Positions 17,543-31,228 are shown, counted from the whole stretch's first letter. The stretch: 63,670 nucleotides of DNA, filler included, from Reclinomonas americana ATCC 50394 (GCA_048213135.1; 5 parts of 3 records of this genome joined end to end with filler, not necessarily neighbours in it); one strand, 5' to 3'. Numbers and translations: made by a program. Notes: generated from the sequence alone by a model not told the origin.

Positions 17543-18041
17543 GCTTGCTTGTGCTGCTGATGCTGATGTGTCCTTCCTGGCAAGCAGAGAGTAGTGGCAG
17601 CGGTCACTGCAGGAGGGAGGAACAGAAGATTGGTCGAAGAGTGGGACAAGGACATGCGATCATCAATTTCCGCGAAGTCTTTTGCCCTCAACATCGACGA
17701 CTCACTTGATTCTTCTATTTTTTGTGATCTTATAAGCAACGCCCTTCTTCGTTTCACTGCATTACGCACACCGGTTGGAGACAGACCAAGAGAGAGAATC
17801 CGATGGCACACATAGACACACACACACACTGCAACTGCACAACCGACGACACACAGACACGCCACACTTACGCAACATTCGAAGGCAGAGAAACAAAAAA
17901 GAAACACGCCACACACACACACTACAAAAATCGACAAAACGATGGATGATTTTCTTCTTTCGACACAGGCAAGAGAACAACAAACAACAGCAACAAAAAA
18001 GAAACAAAAGAGGGCACAAGAGCACTCTCTCTTGTGTCTTT

Positions 18042-21000
18042 TTACGTGTTGCGGCCAAAGGCGGCCCACGAGTAGTAGACCTCGGTGAGCACTGCCGGGC
18101 CACTCTCGGTCAAGCACACCTGCAGACCAGTGGCCAGCACGTTGGCGGTGGTCAGGTCGAACGAGACGCCAATGGTGGCAGCCGCCTGCTGAATCGCCCA
18201 GCCGCGAGCAAACACCACGGCCGTTGGGGCAGCGGCGAACACGTCATTGATGTCAAAGGTGATGGTGACGCAGGCGCCCGGAGCCACAGTGCCCTCACCG
18301 GCCAGCAGACCGTAGCCCGAGGCAGTGCGCTTCGGGAACGACATGTACTGGTAGGCCAGGCGAGCGACGCGCGTTTGCTTACGCACGTCGACCTGGTGGC
18401 GGAAGTTGCGGACACCGGCGGGGAACTGAATGCTGCCCTCGAACTCGGCCGGCTTGGTGCGGTCAATGTACAAGTGGCGCATGCCAGTCACAATCGACGG
18501 CGGGCTGGTGTACGGGCCAATGCTGATCGACTGGTCCTGCAGGCGGTGCGTCGGCAGGGTGGTCGAGGCGTTGCTCAGCTGGTTCCACCAGTCACGACGG
18601 CCCTGCGACGAGTAGCGGATGGTGCCGTCCGAGGTCAAGCCAAGGTCGCGAGCAGTGTACTGCGCCAGCACGTTGATGGTGAGCGACGTGATCGCCGTGT
18701 CCTCGTAGGTGATGCAGCGGGTGGTGAGCGACTCCTCGTCGAACGAGATGGCCGAGCAGTAGACGCGAGCATCCGAGTTGTCAAAGCCAAAGCCAGACAC
18801 ACCAATCATCAGGTACGGCTTGCCGGCTGTTCACGAGCAGGTAAGAGCAAAGTAGAGATGATTACACGTGGCAAACGACGGCCACGCACCAAAGCGATCA
18901 GCAAAGTTGATGGTCTGCAGCCAGATGCGGGTGCCAGACGGAATGCCAGCACTGGAGCCAGTCGCAAAGTTGGACTGTGTGAACGACAGGTTGGCAGCCG
19001 AGGAGAGCAACAGCGTCTGGAGCTCTGTAGTGTGCGCATGTTGCGCGCGTGAGTGAAAACCATCTTCAAGAAGCGGAGAGCCGCACAAAAGAAAGAGACG
19101 CAACGAGAGCCAATGCTGATAATGCCCTTGCTGTTCTCGTCGAGCTGCCACAGTGCCACCGGGGTCGCGCCAGCGTCGGCGGTCGCCTTGTAGCAGATCT
19201 GGAGAGCACGAATGGTGGTGGTGGTGGAGCTGACCGTCACGCGGGCCGAGAACGAATCGTAGTAGCCCGACGAGCCGTCAAACTGCTGGTAGCCGAGGCC
19301 GGCACCAATGGCCGACACGGTGACACCAGCCGGAGTGGCGCCAGTGCAAGGCTGGCCCAGCTTCTGCAGCTTCTCGAACGTGTACGAGGCGCAGTCCGAC
19401 AGCTGGCCGTGGATCGAGGCCACAAAGGCAGTGTCGACGGCAGCGTGCACCGGGAAAGTCCAGTTCGGGATGTTCACTTGAGCTGTGCGTACAAGGGGAA
19501 GTTAGCAAAACATGGATGCACACATAGGTCGCTGACATTAAAAAAACAACAAAACAAACCAGTGATGAAGACATCGGCGAGCTTGACGTACGAGTGGTTG
19601 ACGTTCCAGCGAATGCACAGCGGGTACGAGGCAGTGCGAGCAGCGGCAAACTGAGCCAGGTTGCAGCCGGAGCGAGTGTCAATGGCCAGAGCAATGCTAA
19701 TGTCGGTCGGCGGCGCCAGCGGCGACACGTCGACACCGCTCGGGTCCACATCGGTGTTGGTCAACAGAGTCGGCACACCACGCTCACGCTCCGCCAGAGC
19801 GGCGGCGGTGATGCAGTTGGCGTCGGTGGTGATGACAAACTGCGGAGTCGAGGTGGTGGGGAAGTAGTTGCCGCGGACGGTGATCGGGACGTTGAGCACG
19901 CCCTGCGACACGGTGATGGAGGCCGGGCGCACCGGGGCCACTGCACACGAGGGAAAAAACGGGGGCGCGAGGTGAGCAACGTGAGAGAGAGACAACAAAT
20001 GTAGGCAAGGGAATTGAAGCGAACCGAGAGCCAGGTTGCCGTTGATGACCTTCTGGGTGGCGGTGCCAGTGTTGACGCAGAGGCTGAGGCGGTTCAGGTC
20101 GGTGTTGATGCCCGACGCGTTGAAGGTGAACAGCACGTCGGTGCTGCTGGTGAAGCCAAGGGTGGCGGTGATGCCGCTGACAATGCTCGAGGCCGAGCAC
20201 GAGTCGTCCTTGTTGACAGTGAGGGTCATGCCGGCGGCGAAGCCAGACTCGTTCACCACGCCAATCGTGTGGTCGCCATAGTTGGCCATGATGTAGAGCA
20301 CAGCCGGAGACTGGTAGCACGGGCCCTTGATCTCCACAGTCGCACCAGTGTAGGTGAAGAAGGTGGGGTAGGTGGCGGTCGACGCGCAAATGTACGCCGG
20401 GGTGCCGTTGGAGACGGTGGTTCCACCGGTGCCGACGTCAATCGTGTTGGGTGAGCCGCCATTGGCCAGGGTCGGGATGGCGCCGCCGTTGGTCATGGAA
20501 GTGGCCGGGGTGGCCGGGACGAGGCAGTCAATGCCGGTGAACAGGTTGTACGTGGAACCGGGGAAATCCGAACCAGTGACGTCCACAGTGGTCGTGAGGC
20601 TGCCGCTGCACTGACCCGACAGCGCAGTGATCGGGCTGCGCAACAACAGAGGTGGAAATGGTAACAAAATGAGAAAAAGGATGGATGCACACAAAAAATG
20701 CGTGAGGGAGACTCACCGAGGAGTGCGGATGCAGGCAGAGCCAGTCTGCACCACCAGACCGTTGAAGCTCCAGTTCTGGGCACCGTTGTTGCCGCGCTCG
20801 CACACGAACCACGAGCCCGGGTTGCGCAGCAGGGAGGTGTTGGAGTTCAGGTTGAAACCGGAACCAAAGGACATTGTCAGAACAACGTTGGGCTCCTCAA
20901 TGTCGCAATCCTGGTTGTTGAAGGCGGCGAGTTGCGGAATGCTGGCCGGAGACAACGAGGGACCGCCGCCGCCCAACAGGATAACCTGGGGCTGGTTGAC

Positions 21001-22105
21001 GCAGCCGGCAGTCTGGATGAAGATCGGTGCCGTGGTGACGATGCCGTTGGTCAGGCAGCTGGTGTCGTGAACGACCGTGGCGCCAGACCAAGCGAGCTGC
21101 GAGGCGCCGACAGCAGCGCTCGCCGATGTGCAAATGTAGAACACGGTGGTTCCGGCCGAGGCAGTCTGATCGTAAACCAGCTGGCCAGTGCCGGCAGTGA
21201 CACCATTGGTCAGCGTCAGCGACGTCGGGCCGTTGCCGTCGGCAGTGCAAGCAGCGGAGGTGCGCACGCGCACAACAGCCGGGGCCAGGTTGGAGCCCTG
21301 GACGGTGATCGTCTGCGGGGCCGGCGCGACAAAGCCGCAACCGGTCTGCGCATTCAACTTGATCTGACCCGGGCTCTTGATGCACGCCGCATTGGCGTCC
21401 ACGCGCGAGGCGACCGAGATCCAGTTGATGTTGTCCGAGCTCACGCAGAGGAACAGGCCGCTGTAGCACAAGTCATCAGACAACTCGCAGGCAGGCGTGT
21501 TCCTTCAATACACACGAACCTGAGTGCCTCCTTCTGGTTCGAGGTCTGGAACACAAGGCTGGCCGTAGTGGCCGACGCAGCACCAGTGTGCGAGACCTTG
21601 ATGCCAGCGACCTCCGAGTTGCACACGTCACCGGCGGCGGTGCCAGTGGCCGCGTAAAACACCTTCCACAGCTGAGTAGAGGTCGGCAGATTCGTGGCAC
21701 CCGTCACCGACACTGCCTGGTTGGCCAAGTAGGCGTTGCAGTTGGAGCCATCAGGCACCAAGTTGATCGTGCCAAAGGCCGCAGGGAACGCTGCGGGTGC
21801 ACAACGGTCAATTTCGCGCCAAAAAATCACAACGGTCACATGCACGCGCTCTCACACAAAAACAAGTGCCTCACTCACTCAACTCACTCACACAAACCAC
21901 ACACACACACGCGAAACGACAGCAGCAACAAAGAGAGAAACAAGGGCGCAAGAGAGCTCCACATTGCCACAGAGGGAATGTGCGGTGGGCGCGCGCGAAA
22001 ACACACACTCAGATATAAAAAAACGCAACTTGGCTGGGCCAGTGCTGATGTTGCGACGACGCACAACACGCACAGGCTCACCAACAACCATGTGGTGGAC
22101 CGCAT
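18042..22105 (-). CDS. Large secreted protein B, paralog of A, ending in H-type-lectin-like domains
   Basis: Signal peptide MRSTTWLLVSLCVLCVVATSALAQP. Shares DENSxG, INVLAQYT, RRDWW, YGLLAGEGTV and YSWAAFGR blocks with protein A. Confidence 0.75.
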
Positions 22106-22549
22106 GTCTTTGGTTTTTCAAAGAGAGAGACAGGAGAGACAGAGAGAGTGTGGGAGGAGGGACTTTTGCGCGCTCACACACAGAAAAACACAACAAAATG
22201 AAAATGCGGTGCAACGGAAAGAAAATGCAACGGTCGAGCACGCGTTGTTCTGTCTGTGTGGTGTGTGATGCAGACTGTCGGTGAGTGAGTGAGAGTGTGG
22301 CTGTGTCTCTGCGCCACGAGTGCGTTGAAATTATTGATAATACTTGGGTGCGGTTGTGAAATGCAGCGGTTTTGCAAAATGCAACTTGCAGGTTTCCTCG
22401 CTTACTTGCAAATGCAGCTTGCCGTCGAGTGGCAACTGCACGTGCTGTCGGTGTGCATAGGAAGAGTACAGAACAAGAAAAAAAAGCCAGTTCTGTCTGC
22501 ATGACAATACATTTTCCTGTTTCTCCGACAATTGTTTTCGTGCTCAGAT

Positions 22550-24977
22550 TCAGTCGCTCGCCACTAATGCAGCAGCCTCGCCACCATTCGCCTCCGCCGC
22601 TGAGCTCCCAGCAGCTGGCAGCTCCTGCTCTGCGGCACTGGCGGCCTCGGCCAACTGCTCCATGGCTGCCGCAGCTGCATCGTCATTGCCGCCGGTTTGC
22701 TCGTCCGTTTCCATTGGTTGCGCCTCACCCTCACCCTCACCCTCACCCTCACCGTCGGCCGCCACAGGTGCTGCTGGAGGTGCTGGTGGATGCAGCGCCG
22801 CCTGCCGATGATTCTGCAGCTGCTGCAACTGCTGCAGCTGGTGCGGCGCAATGTTGTGGGCGTGCGGGTGATCGCGGTGCGTCAGCGGGTCGTTGGCGCA
22901 ATCCGGTGCCGGCTGCGTCGTGTCGCTGAGCCACTTCATGAAATCGGGGCAAAACGGAACGCCCCAGTACTCAGAAGGTGACTTGTGCTGCGCCGCGTCG
23001 ACCATGTTTCCGCCATTGGCGGCGACGGCGGCGGCGGCGGCAGCAGCAGCAGCGGCAGCAGCGGCGACATTGGTACCATTGACACCGACAATTGTCGGCG
23101 CATTGTTGGCCACTGGCGATGCACCGTAGACTGCGAGGTGTGGCGCGGCGCTCGACGACACCGTAATGTAGGTGCTGGGCGGCACCGTCGAGGATCCCGC
23201 CGAAGACGATGAACCGGCGGCGGCGGCCGCAGCAGCCGCTGCGTGCAACGCCGCCACTCCCGTGTCGTTCTCCGATAATGGGCCTCCGCGGACTCCCAAC
23301 GCTGCCGCCGCCGACGCCGCCGTTGCTGACGGCTGCGATGCTGACGGAAGGGCGTCTGCCTTGGCCGCTCCCCGACCCTTACGGCCAGCTGCCGCACCGC
23401 CGGCGGCTTTCTTGCGCCCCGCACCCGCCACTTGTGTCGGCACACCATAGTCACCAATGTTGCCTCCGATGACGGCCGCCTGCGCCGCCAGCTGTGATGG
23501 GACATAGTACGGAGTGCCGTTGGCGTGGTACGACACACCAAACGCGCCTGCAGAGTGGGGTGTGAGAGAGAAATGGAAAACAACACATTCTTCTATCGAC
23601 ATCGGCGCGCAACTGGAGGGGAACACCACCGATGGACTGGACGATGTGGCCGCAGCAGCGGCAGCAGCGGCGGCGGCGGCGGCGGCTGCAGCCACTGCAG
23701 CACTGTTCTGTGCGTTGCCGTACAGCTCGGTCGCAGGTCGATGAATGTGAGCCGGCGTCGGCATCACCGAGATCTCGGCCACCGGCACCACCAAATCCTC
23801 GTCGGCAAACCATTCGAACTTCATAAACAACCGCTCGTCCTGCTCCTGCAACTCCTCAAAGAACTGTAGCGGGGCGGGTTGAGTAATGCAGGCGCCGTCA
23901 GTTGGTGATGTGTACAAACTCACGCATACCTCGTCGACAAAAGCACGGACATTGCGCGGCTTCTGATCGTCTTCTTCCTCGTCACTCTCCTGGTCCTCGG
24001 CGTGCTCGTTGAGACCCGACAAGCGATGCACCACCGCCACTCTCTGCACCAGATCCTTGACGAAAAAGGTGAACTTGAACGAGTTGCTCTTCACCACCGA
24101 CGAGTAGTAGTCGGAGGTGTCGACAAACGGGCGAGCCGCCAGGCCCAGCACCTCGAAGCGAGCCGAGTCGTACGCCGTCAATGGTGCCGCCGACGATGCG
24201 AGATCGGAGTCGGCGATTCCGGCGGCTGCGTTCTTGCGGCCACGCTTTGGCGGCTGTTGACACAAACACACACGCACGTGCAGGAGGGTCAATGACACGG
24301 GCCGTCATTTTCTTGCGGTGTGCTGCCGAGGACGAGCAACGCAACTGCGGCAGGCGACGGCAACAATTGGAAATTCTGCTCGGTGATGGGGTCGCCGAGG
24401 CTGCGATGTTGCGAGGCCACCACCTGGATCTCCGTCACCGGCTCCGGCAGGCACCGTGCGCGAACCCTCTTGTTGAACTCGTAGCAAAAGTCGACGAGCT
24501 CTTGGAATTCGACGGGCGACAGGCGCTTGCCGTCCTTTAGCACCGCAATTCGCACAAACGGAAATCGCTCCAAATCACACGCCTCCAGTCTGCGAGAGAG
24601 GCGGTGAGTGCGAGGGGCAAGCAAAGGTGACACAGCAGTCGACGCAACTCGTGGTACGTCTCGGCCAGACTCTGGCACGACGAACGCAGCGTGACAAAGC
24701 CTTCAGGGAACGGCTCAAACGCCACACCCAGCGCGCCACCGCGCAGCGGAATGAATCCCACGACGCGCAGCACACAACCTGCGTTGCGTCACCACCAAGT
24801 CAGTATCGCTGAAACTGAAGAAANNNNNNNNNNNNNNNNNNNNTGCATGTTCACCTCTTGAGCGTGTTTTGCGATACGATTTCGCGCGCTTACCGCGAGC
24901 ACGGCACATAATGTCCTCGACTGTCCTTCGGCATCGCAGACAACCACATCGTCATTATCGACGCCGACAACATGCAT
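22550..24977 (-). CDS. Hypothetical protein with globular N-terminal half, NLS-like PPKRGRK and poly-Ala/Gln-rich C-terminal half
   Basis: Frame-consistent GT-AG exons (e.g. HE|LEACDLERFPFVRIAV). No family recognised; start approximate. Confidence 0.5.
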
Positions 24978-25119
24978 GCATGCATGCGACAGAGCACCGC
25001 TCGCTTGCGCAGCGATAAGAATGCATCATCGAACAGCGCAGAGCGGCAATCGCCATCCATGTTCAGAGAGTGGATCGCCAATGAACGGATGTCGCAACGA
25101 CTTTTTGAGATCAAATCGC

Positions 25120-25545
25120 ATGTCATCGCGCTCAAGTGGCTCGTTCTCCACAGCGGAGAGCGCGCGACAAGCGGAAAAGTATCACTTGGCCGCGAAAGTG
25201 TACCACGCCATCACCAGTGGCGTGCGAAGACCAATCACCAGTCTCGAGATTCATCACTTTTGCAAAGGTCGCACCCCCCTCCCTCTCTCTCTCTGTGTGT
25301 GTGCCTGCTCTCTGCCTCACACGCACGCACGCCCGCACAGCCAATGCGTTTGTGGAGTTCCTGTCCGAGGTCGACGTGCGCGTGGTGTGCACCAACTTGT
25401 CTCCGCGCGGACCCGATCAAGTCGAGCTGCAGTGCCTGGCCGACATTCTCAGCGAGCTGACGGCGCGCGATCGTCTGTGTGAGTCGCTCAAGTGGGACTT
25501 TATTCTGCTCGACGAGATCGGCACCGGTCGCATCCCCATGCGCAG
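25120..25545 (+). CDS. 5' part of a possible EF-hand-like protein (runs into gap)
   Basis: MSSRSS...HHFCK|ANAFVEFL...LKWDFILLDEIGTGRIPMR. The last motif resembles an EF-hand loop. Confidence 0.4.
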
Positions 25546-25898
25546 NNNNNNNNNNNNNNNNNNNNNNNNNNNNNNNNNNNNNNNNNNNNNNNNNNNNNNN
25601 NNNNNNNNNNNNNNNNNNNNNNNNNNNNNNNNNNNNNNNNNNNNNNNNNNNNNNNNNNNNNNNNNNNNNNNNNNNNNNNNNNNNNNNNNNNNNNNNNNNN
25701 NNNNNNNNNNNNNNNNNNNNNNNNNNNNNNNNNNNNNNNNNNNNNNNNNNNNNNNNNNNNNNNNNNNNNNNNNNAGAGAGAGAGAGAGGAGGTGGGGCAA
25801 GGCAGAGAAAAAGAAATTTGGGGTGTGTGTGCAGTGTTTTGTGTGAATGCAATCGAAAAGAGAAATGTTGTTTCTTGTTGTTCTGTGGGTGCTCTGCC

Positions 25899-27273
25899 TT
25901 ATTCGACAGCAGCGTGCACGTGTGGGCGCTTGTGGGGTGGCTGCTCGTCCTTGTCTTCGTCGTCGTGCGGTCGCTTGCCACTGGGCATGTGGGTGGACAG
26001 AGTGGTCAGCGAGGCCTGCAGGGACGCGAGGCGGTGTCGCGCATCCGCCGCCTGCACAGCTGTTAGCGAGCGGGTAGCACGAGGTGGGTATGTGTGTGTT
26101 GCAGTAGCCACTCAACTCTCCTCTCGGCGTCGTTGATCTTGTGCTGGTACTCGTGCTCTGTCCGTCTGCACTGCTCCAGCTCCGCTCGCAGAGTGTGCGT
26201 CTCCACGCGCTGCACCGCCAGCTGCGCACTCAGCTCGGCATTGACAGCACCCAGACGATCGCCGCGCACTCGCTGCTCCTGCAGCGCCTGCTGCAGGCGC
26301 TCGGTCTGCTCGACCCGAGTCAGCGACTGGGGGAACCTCACAGAAGGCGTGGACACACACACACACCTCTCGGCTCGACTCCCGACACGCGAGCTCCACT
26401 CGTCGCTGCGCCTGCTCGGCCGCCTGCAGTCGCTGCTGCATGGGCGCCACCACGCCCTCCTTGAACCGCTGCACCTTCTCGCTCAGCCGGCGCACACTGA
26501 CGTTCAACTGCGCCAACTGGCCATCCTGCTCCGCCAGCGTCCGTCGCATGGCCGTGGCCAGCAGTTGCTCCTCGGCATGCTCTCGCGCCGACTGTCACAC
26601 GCACGGAGTGAGCGCGGCTGTGTGTTGCAGGTGGGTGCTCGCGAGAGAGAGAGAGAGATCACCTGCCCAACACGCGCCTCCAGCACCGCGCAGCGCTCGC
26701 GCAGCTGACGATTGGCCGCCTCCAGCACTCCGCACCGATGCTCGCTTGCCTCCAACTGCGACTGCGCGTGTGTCAGTCGTGCACAAGGAAACGCACTTTT
26801 TTCCTTGGTTATTATGTAACCCACCTCCAGCTGAGGTCGCGAGTCATCGACCGCCTGTGCCACAGTCGCGCTCGCCAGTGGCTCGTCCTCCTCCTCTGCC
26901 ACTGGCACATCATGATCGTCTTCACCACCACAGTCGCGCACCTCCTGCGCCTTGTCTTGCTGCTCTCATTGCAGTGAGCTCGAGTGACTTGTCTCTCTCC
27001 CACTCTTTCTTACGTACTGACCTGCGTCTTGTCGACGTGCTCCAGCAGCGCCTCCAGTGCCCGCTGCAGCGACTGCAATGCTCCGAAGCCTGTTCTTCGC
27101 TCCTCTTCCATCATGAATTGACTTTTGACCCAATTGAAGTGCGCGGCGCTTTCGATGAACCGATCGACGACGAGGTGGCGGAGGTGGTCGGAAGACAACA
27201 CAGAGCGAGTGAGGTCGAAGTTTACACAAACGCACCTCAATCGATGGTCGCGATTGAAGGATCCGGAGTGCAT
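25899..27273 (-). CDS. Hypothetical coiled-coil protein (start uncertain)
   Basis: Heptad-rich exons (LEAANRQLRERCAVLEARV; LQQALQEQRVRGDRLGAVNAELSAQL) joined by GT-AG introns; stop at 25899. Confidence 0.5.
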
Positions 27274-27523
27274 GACCGAAGCAATGATGTCTGCACCACA
27301 GCTACAATATCACGGGCTGCACGATGGAGGTCGTAGCGATCGCCTCGTTGTGCATGCGCATGCACTTCGACGTCGAAGTGCCCAATTGAAGTTCATCGCG
27401 AAACAAACGCCGGCATGCTGCGCCCACTGTAGCTGTTGCTGTGCATACTCCAGTGCATAGAACGTGCAGACGAAGCCCAACTACGACGGTCCTGCATAAA
27501 CAGTATTTCATTCATCGGAGGCG

Positions 27524-30500
27524 ATGGAGGCAAGCGACAGCGCTGCGGCTCCTGCAGCCGTTGACTCTGAGCAATCACCACCACCTCCTCCACCACCAAT
27601 GCCCGCAGATGCACCTGCGCCTCCCTCCGACGCGGACATGCCCGACTCTGCGCATTTCCCGCCGGCCTCGTCGACGACCCCCGCGACAGTGGACGTGCCC
27701 GTGCGCGATGCCCACGACGAAGAGGACGATGGGTTCCCTGCTGTGGAGGCCATGGACGCCGATGACGATGATCTGGCGCCACACACATTGCCGCTGTCGA
27801 CATCGACTGTTGGTGGTGGTGGCGATGCCGGCGACGATGATGATGAGTATACGAATGTGCTCAGTGCAGCAGTGGCCGAGTTCACTGCTGCAGCGGCGGC
27901 GGCGCAGCACGGTGTCACCACGCAGCAGCCGTATCGCATGCGGATTGGTCGAGTTGAGTTTGACGCGCGCGAGAGGGGAGAGGGAGGGAGGGAAAGGGAG
28001 AGGCACAGAGGGAAGAAACGATGAGCAAGGGGGAAGGTGAAGAAGAAAGACTGAGGGAAGAGCAAGAGGTGGAAGAGCGAGCGAAGCAGTCATTCTTGAC
28101 ACGCACACTCAGACATTGAGAGATAGAGAGGCAGAGGGAGGGAGGGAGGGGGAGAGAGACAGTGAAGAAACGATGTGGGCCCCTGCAGACTCATTCAGAC
28201 ACACATACACACACTGAGAGAGTGGGAGGGGGAAGGGAGAGACGGTGAGTAGGCACCTGCAATCGTCTGAGTTCTGACCTTGACACACACACGCACAAAG
28301 GAGGGAGGCAGAGGGAGGGATACAAAAGGGAAGGAGTGAGAGGGGGACTGTGCCTCTCTCCCTCAGTGTGAGTGTGAAGCAGAGAGCTCAGTCGAGTCTG
28401 CAAGAGCGCACATCGTTCTTCTCTCTGTCTCCCTCCCCTGAAGAAACGATGAGCAGGCCACCTTTGAGAGCGAGAAGGAGAGCAAAGCGCGTCGTCAGGG
28501 CACCTGCAGACTCNNNNNNNNNNNNNNNNNNNNGCTATTGTATCACCAAGCACATTCACTTCTGTTTGTGACTCTTCTCTCGCATACACTTGCAGAGAGA
28601 AAGAGAGAGTCGCCAGGGTGCCAGCAGAGACGCCTGTAAGCACATTCTTTGCGACTCTTCCTTCTGTGCTAGTGCGTCTGTGTGGTCTCTTTCTCTCTCC
28701 CTCTCCCTCATCCTTCCCCCTCTCCCTCTCCCTCTCCCTCTCCCTCTCCCTCTCCCTCTCCCTCTCCCTCTATTCCATGTCCCTCTCCCTCTTCCCTCTC
28801 CTCTCCCTCTCCCTCTTCCCTCTCCCTCTCCCTCTCCCTCTTCCCTCTCCCTCTCCCTCTCCCTCTTCCCTCTCCCTCTCCCTCTCCCTCTCTCTCCCTC
28901 TCTCCCTCTCCCTCCCTCCCTCCCTCCCTTCTCCCTCTCACTCTCTCCCTCTCTGATTGCAGTTCGGCGGCGGCCCTCCACTGTCGGAGAGCGAGCGACA
29001 AACTGTGCAGCGACGCGCCAGTGAGCTGCAGGAGCGAACGCAGTTCTGGGCGGCGCTGCACGATCACCTGTGGCGCTCACGCACGCCCATTGCCAAGTTC
29101 CCGCAGTACCGTGGACGCTACGTGGACCTGTACTCGTTGTACAGGCGAGTGTGTGACCTGGGCGGCTCACTGGCCATTCGCGTCTCCAAGGTACCTCCTC
29201 CTCCTTCCTCTTCCTCTTCCTCCACTCCCTTACCCTTGTTTTCCCTCTCGTTGTGTGTAGAACGATGGTGCCGCGGCTGGCGCATACTCGTGGAAGGACG
29301 TGTACTCGACACCGCCGTTCAATTTCGACGCCCGTGTGGCGACCGACGCCGGGTTCCGCTTCCGCAGTCTCTTCGAGAAGTACTTGGCGGTGTTTGAGGA
29401 GGCCACGGGTGGGCGTGTGCCGAATCTCAACGAGGACGAGATCTCGGCCGTGTACGAGCACATGGAGGAGACGAATACGTGGCATTTGCGGTGCGACTTT
29501 TGTGGAGATGGCCACGGGCCGGCCGACAAGTGTCCGCGTTGCGACGACAAGAAGGATCTCGTGCAATGTGAAGCGTGCGGTTCGTGGGCGCACTCCAAGT
29601 GTGTAGCCGAGGATTTTAAGATGGATATGGATGAGACGGAGGCGCTACTGGCGGATCAGCTCACTGTTGCGTCTGCGGTGGGAAGCGGCTTTCTATCTTA
29701 TGTGTCTCACTATCTTCATGCTGCGCAGTGGTACTGCCGCATGTGCGGCAACTTTGTGCTGCCGCGCGACGAGAATCTGTTGGAGAGTCGCGCGCTGCTG
29801 ACACTGCGACCGGTAGTGGAGCCGCCACTACGACCTGCACCGCGAAAGAAGAAGGAGGATGGACCTTCGGGAGGCACCAACAGCGGAACGAACACGCCGG
29901 TGCCGAGTTGCGCGTCACATGCCTCGTCGTTTCTCCATTCGCTTCGCGTTTGTTCACGAGTTGCGTGCGCACAGCTCGCTCACAAGCGACGACGGCAACG
30001 ACTGCCACCACCGGCGCTCCGATTGCCGTCGCCAAACGCACTGCTCCACCTCGTGCCGCCGCGCACAAGCGGTTACCAATGGCGAGTGGTGGTGGTGGTG
30101 GTGGTGGTGGAACGACAGCAACACAAGCGGTCGGTGCCTCGGGCGCTGGTGCAGTCACCGGCAGTCGAGCTGGTGGTGTGGCAAGTGGTGGTGCTGGTGG
30201 AAGCGGTGGTGTGGCAGCTGGCAGTCGAACCGATGGCGCCGCGCAGCCGCGTCGCAAGGGTGCTGCGAGACCGTCGGCGCGTGCCGGTACCTCCTACGGA
30301 TGGCGACCGCGACAGCATGCAGACGAGCAAGTGCGTTTCTCACTCACTCTCTCTCTTTTCTCTCATTCTTCCTGCACCTGATCGCTCATTGTGTCGTCGC
30401 GCAGGAGGGTGGAGCAGAGTCCGACGAGGACTCGGAGGAAGAGGAGGAGGAGGCGGAGTTGTCGGCCGAACACCTGTCCAGTCTCATGCCCGTCACACCG

Positions 30501-30704
30501 AAGGAGCTGGAGATTCTCCAGCAGCAGCAGGCGGGTCACTCGCTGTTGCGGCTGCGCAAGTTCACGCCTCTCCAACTGTGGGCCCACGAGGGTGGCAGTC
30601 TGTTCTGGAAGCACCTGAATACGCTGGCCAGCGAGGTCGCCGTCTTGCGACGGGAGCGCGAACAAGATCGCAGGGACTTGGCCGAGCTGCGCAGCGAGCT
30701 GGCG
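27524..30704 (+). CDS. ARID domain + PHD finger chromatin protein (3' end lost at scaffold junction)
   Basis: ARID: FWAALHDHLWRSRTPIAKFPQYRGRYVDLYSLYRRVCDLGG...W...FRSLFEKYLAVFE. PHD: CDFC...LVQCEACGSWAHSKC...WYCRMC. Confidence 0.8.
28695..28955. repeat. (CCCTCT)n-type polypyrimidine tract in an intron
   Basis: Seen directly. Confidence 0.85.
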
Positions 30705-30740
30705 GTGAGTTCGGCTCTTGAGTCGATCCACCTTCGTGTG

Positions 30741-30840
30741 NNNNNNNNNNNNNNNNNNNNNNNNNNNNNNNNNNNNNNNNNNNNTTAATTAATTAANNNN
30801 NNNNNNNNNNNNNNNNNNNNNNNNNNNNNNNNNNNNNNNN
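30741..30840. other. Artificial scaffold linker N-TTAATTAATTAA-N (also at 46945, 52881, 61733)
   Basis: An identical six-frame-stop 12-mer is centred in N-runs four times. Confidence 0.9.
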
Positions 30841-30922
<82 letters not shown>

Positions 30923-31228
30923 TGTGTGAACGCAGGCTTGATTCACATTCTTTCTCTCTCTGTGAGTCTGCACGCTCTCTTCTCTCTCTTCTCTCTCTCT
31001 CTCTCTCTCGGGTTCCTTGACTCACTTTCACTTTCTCTCTGTGAATCTGCACGCTTCCTTCTCTCATTCTCTCTCTCTCTCACGCACACACACACGCACA
31101 CATTGCACGTGCGTCAACATGAGTCTGCCAGTTCCATGACTCAATCTCTCTCTCCGTGCAATTGCAGGTTCCATTCTAACTTTGCTCCTCTTCCCTCCCC
31201 TCTGCCCTCCCTCCCTCCTTCACGCAAC

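Noticed and set aside
30785-30796. TTAATTAATTAA palindrome recurring four times
   Set aside because: It is always centred in N-runs. It is an artificial six-frame-stop scaffold linker, so gene neighbourhoods across it are meaningless.
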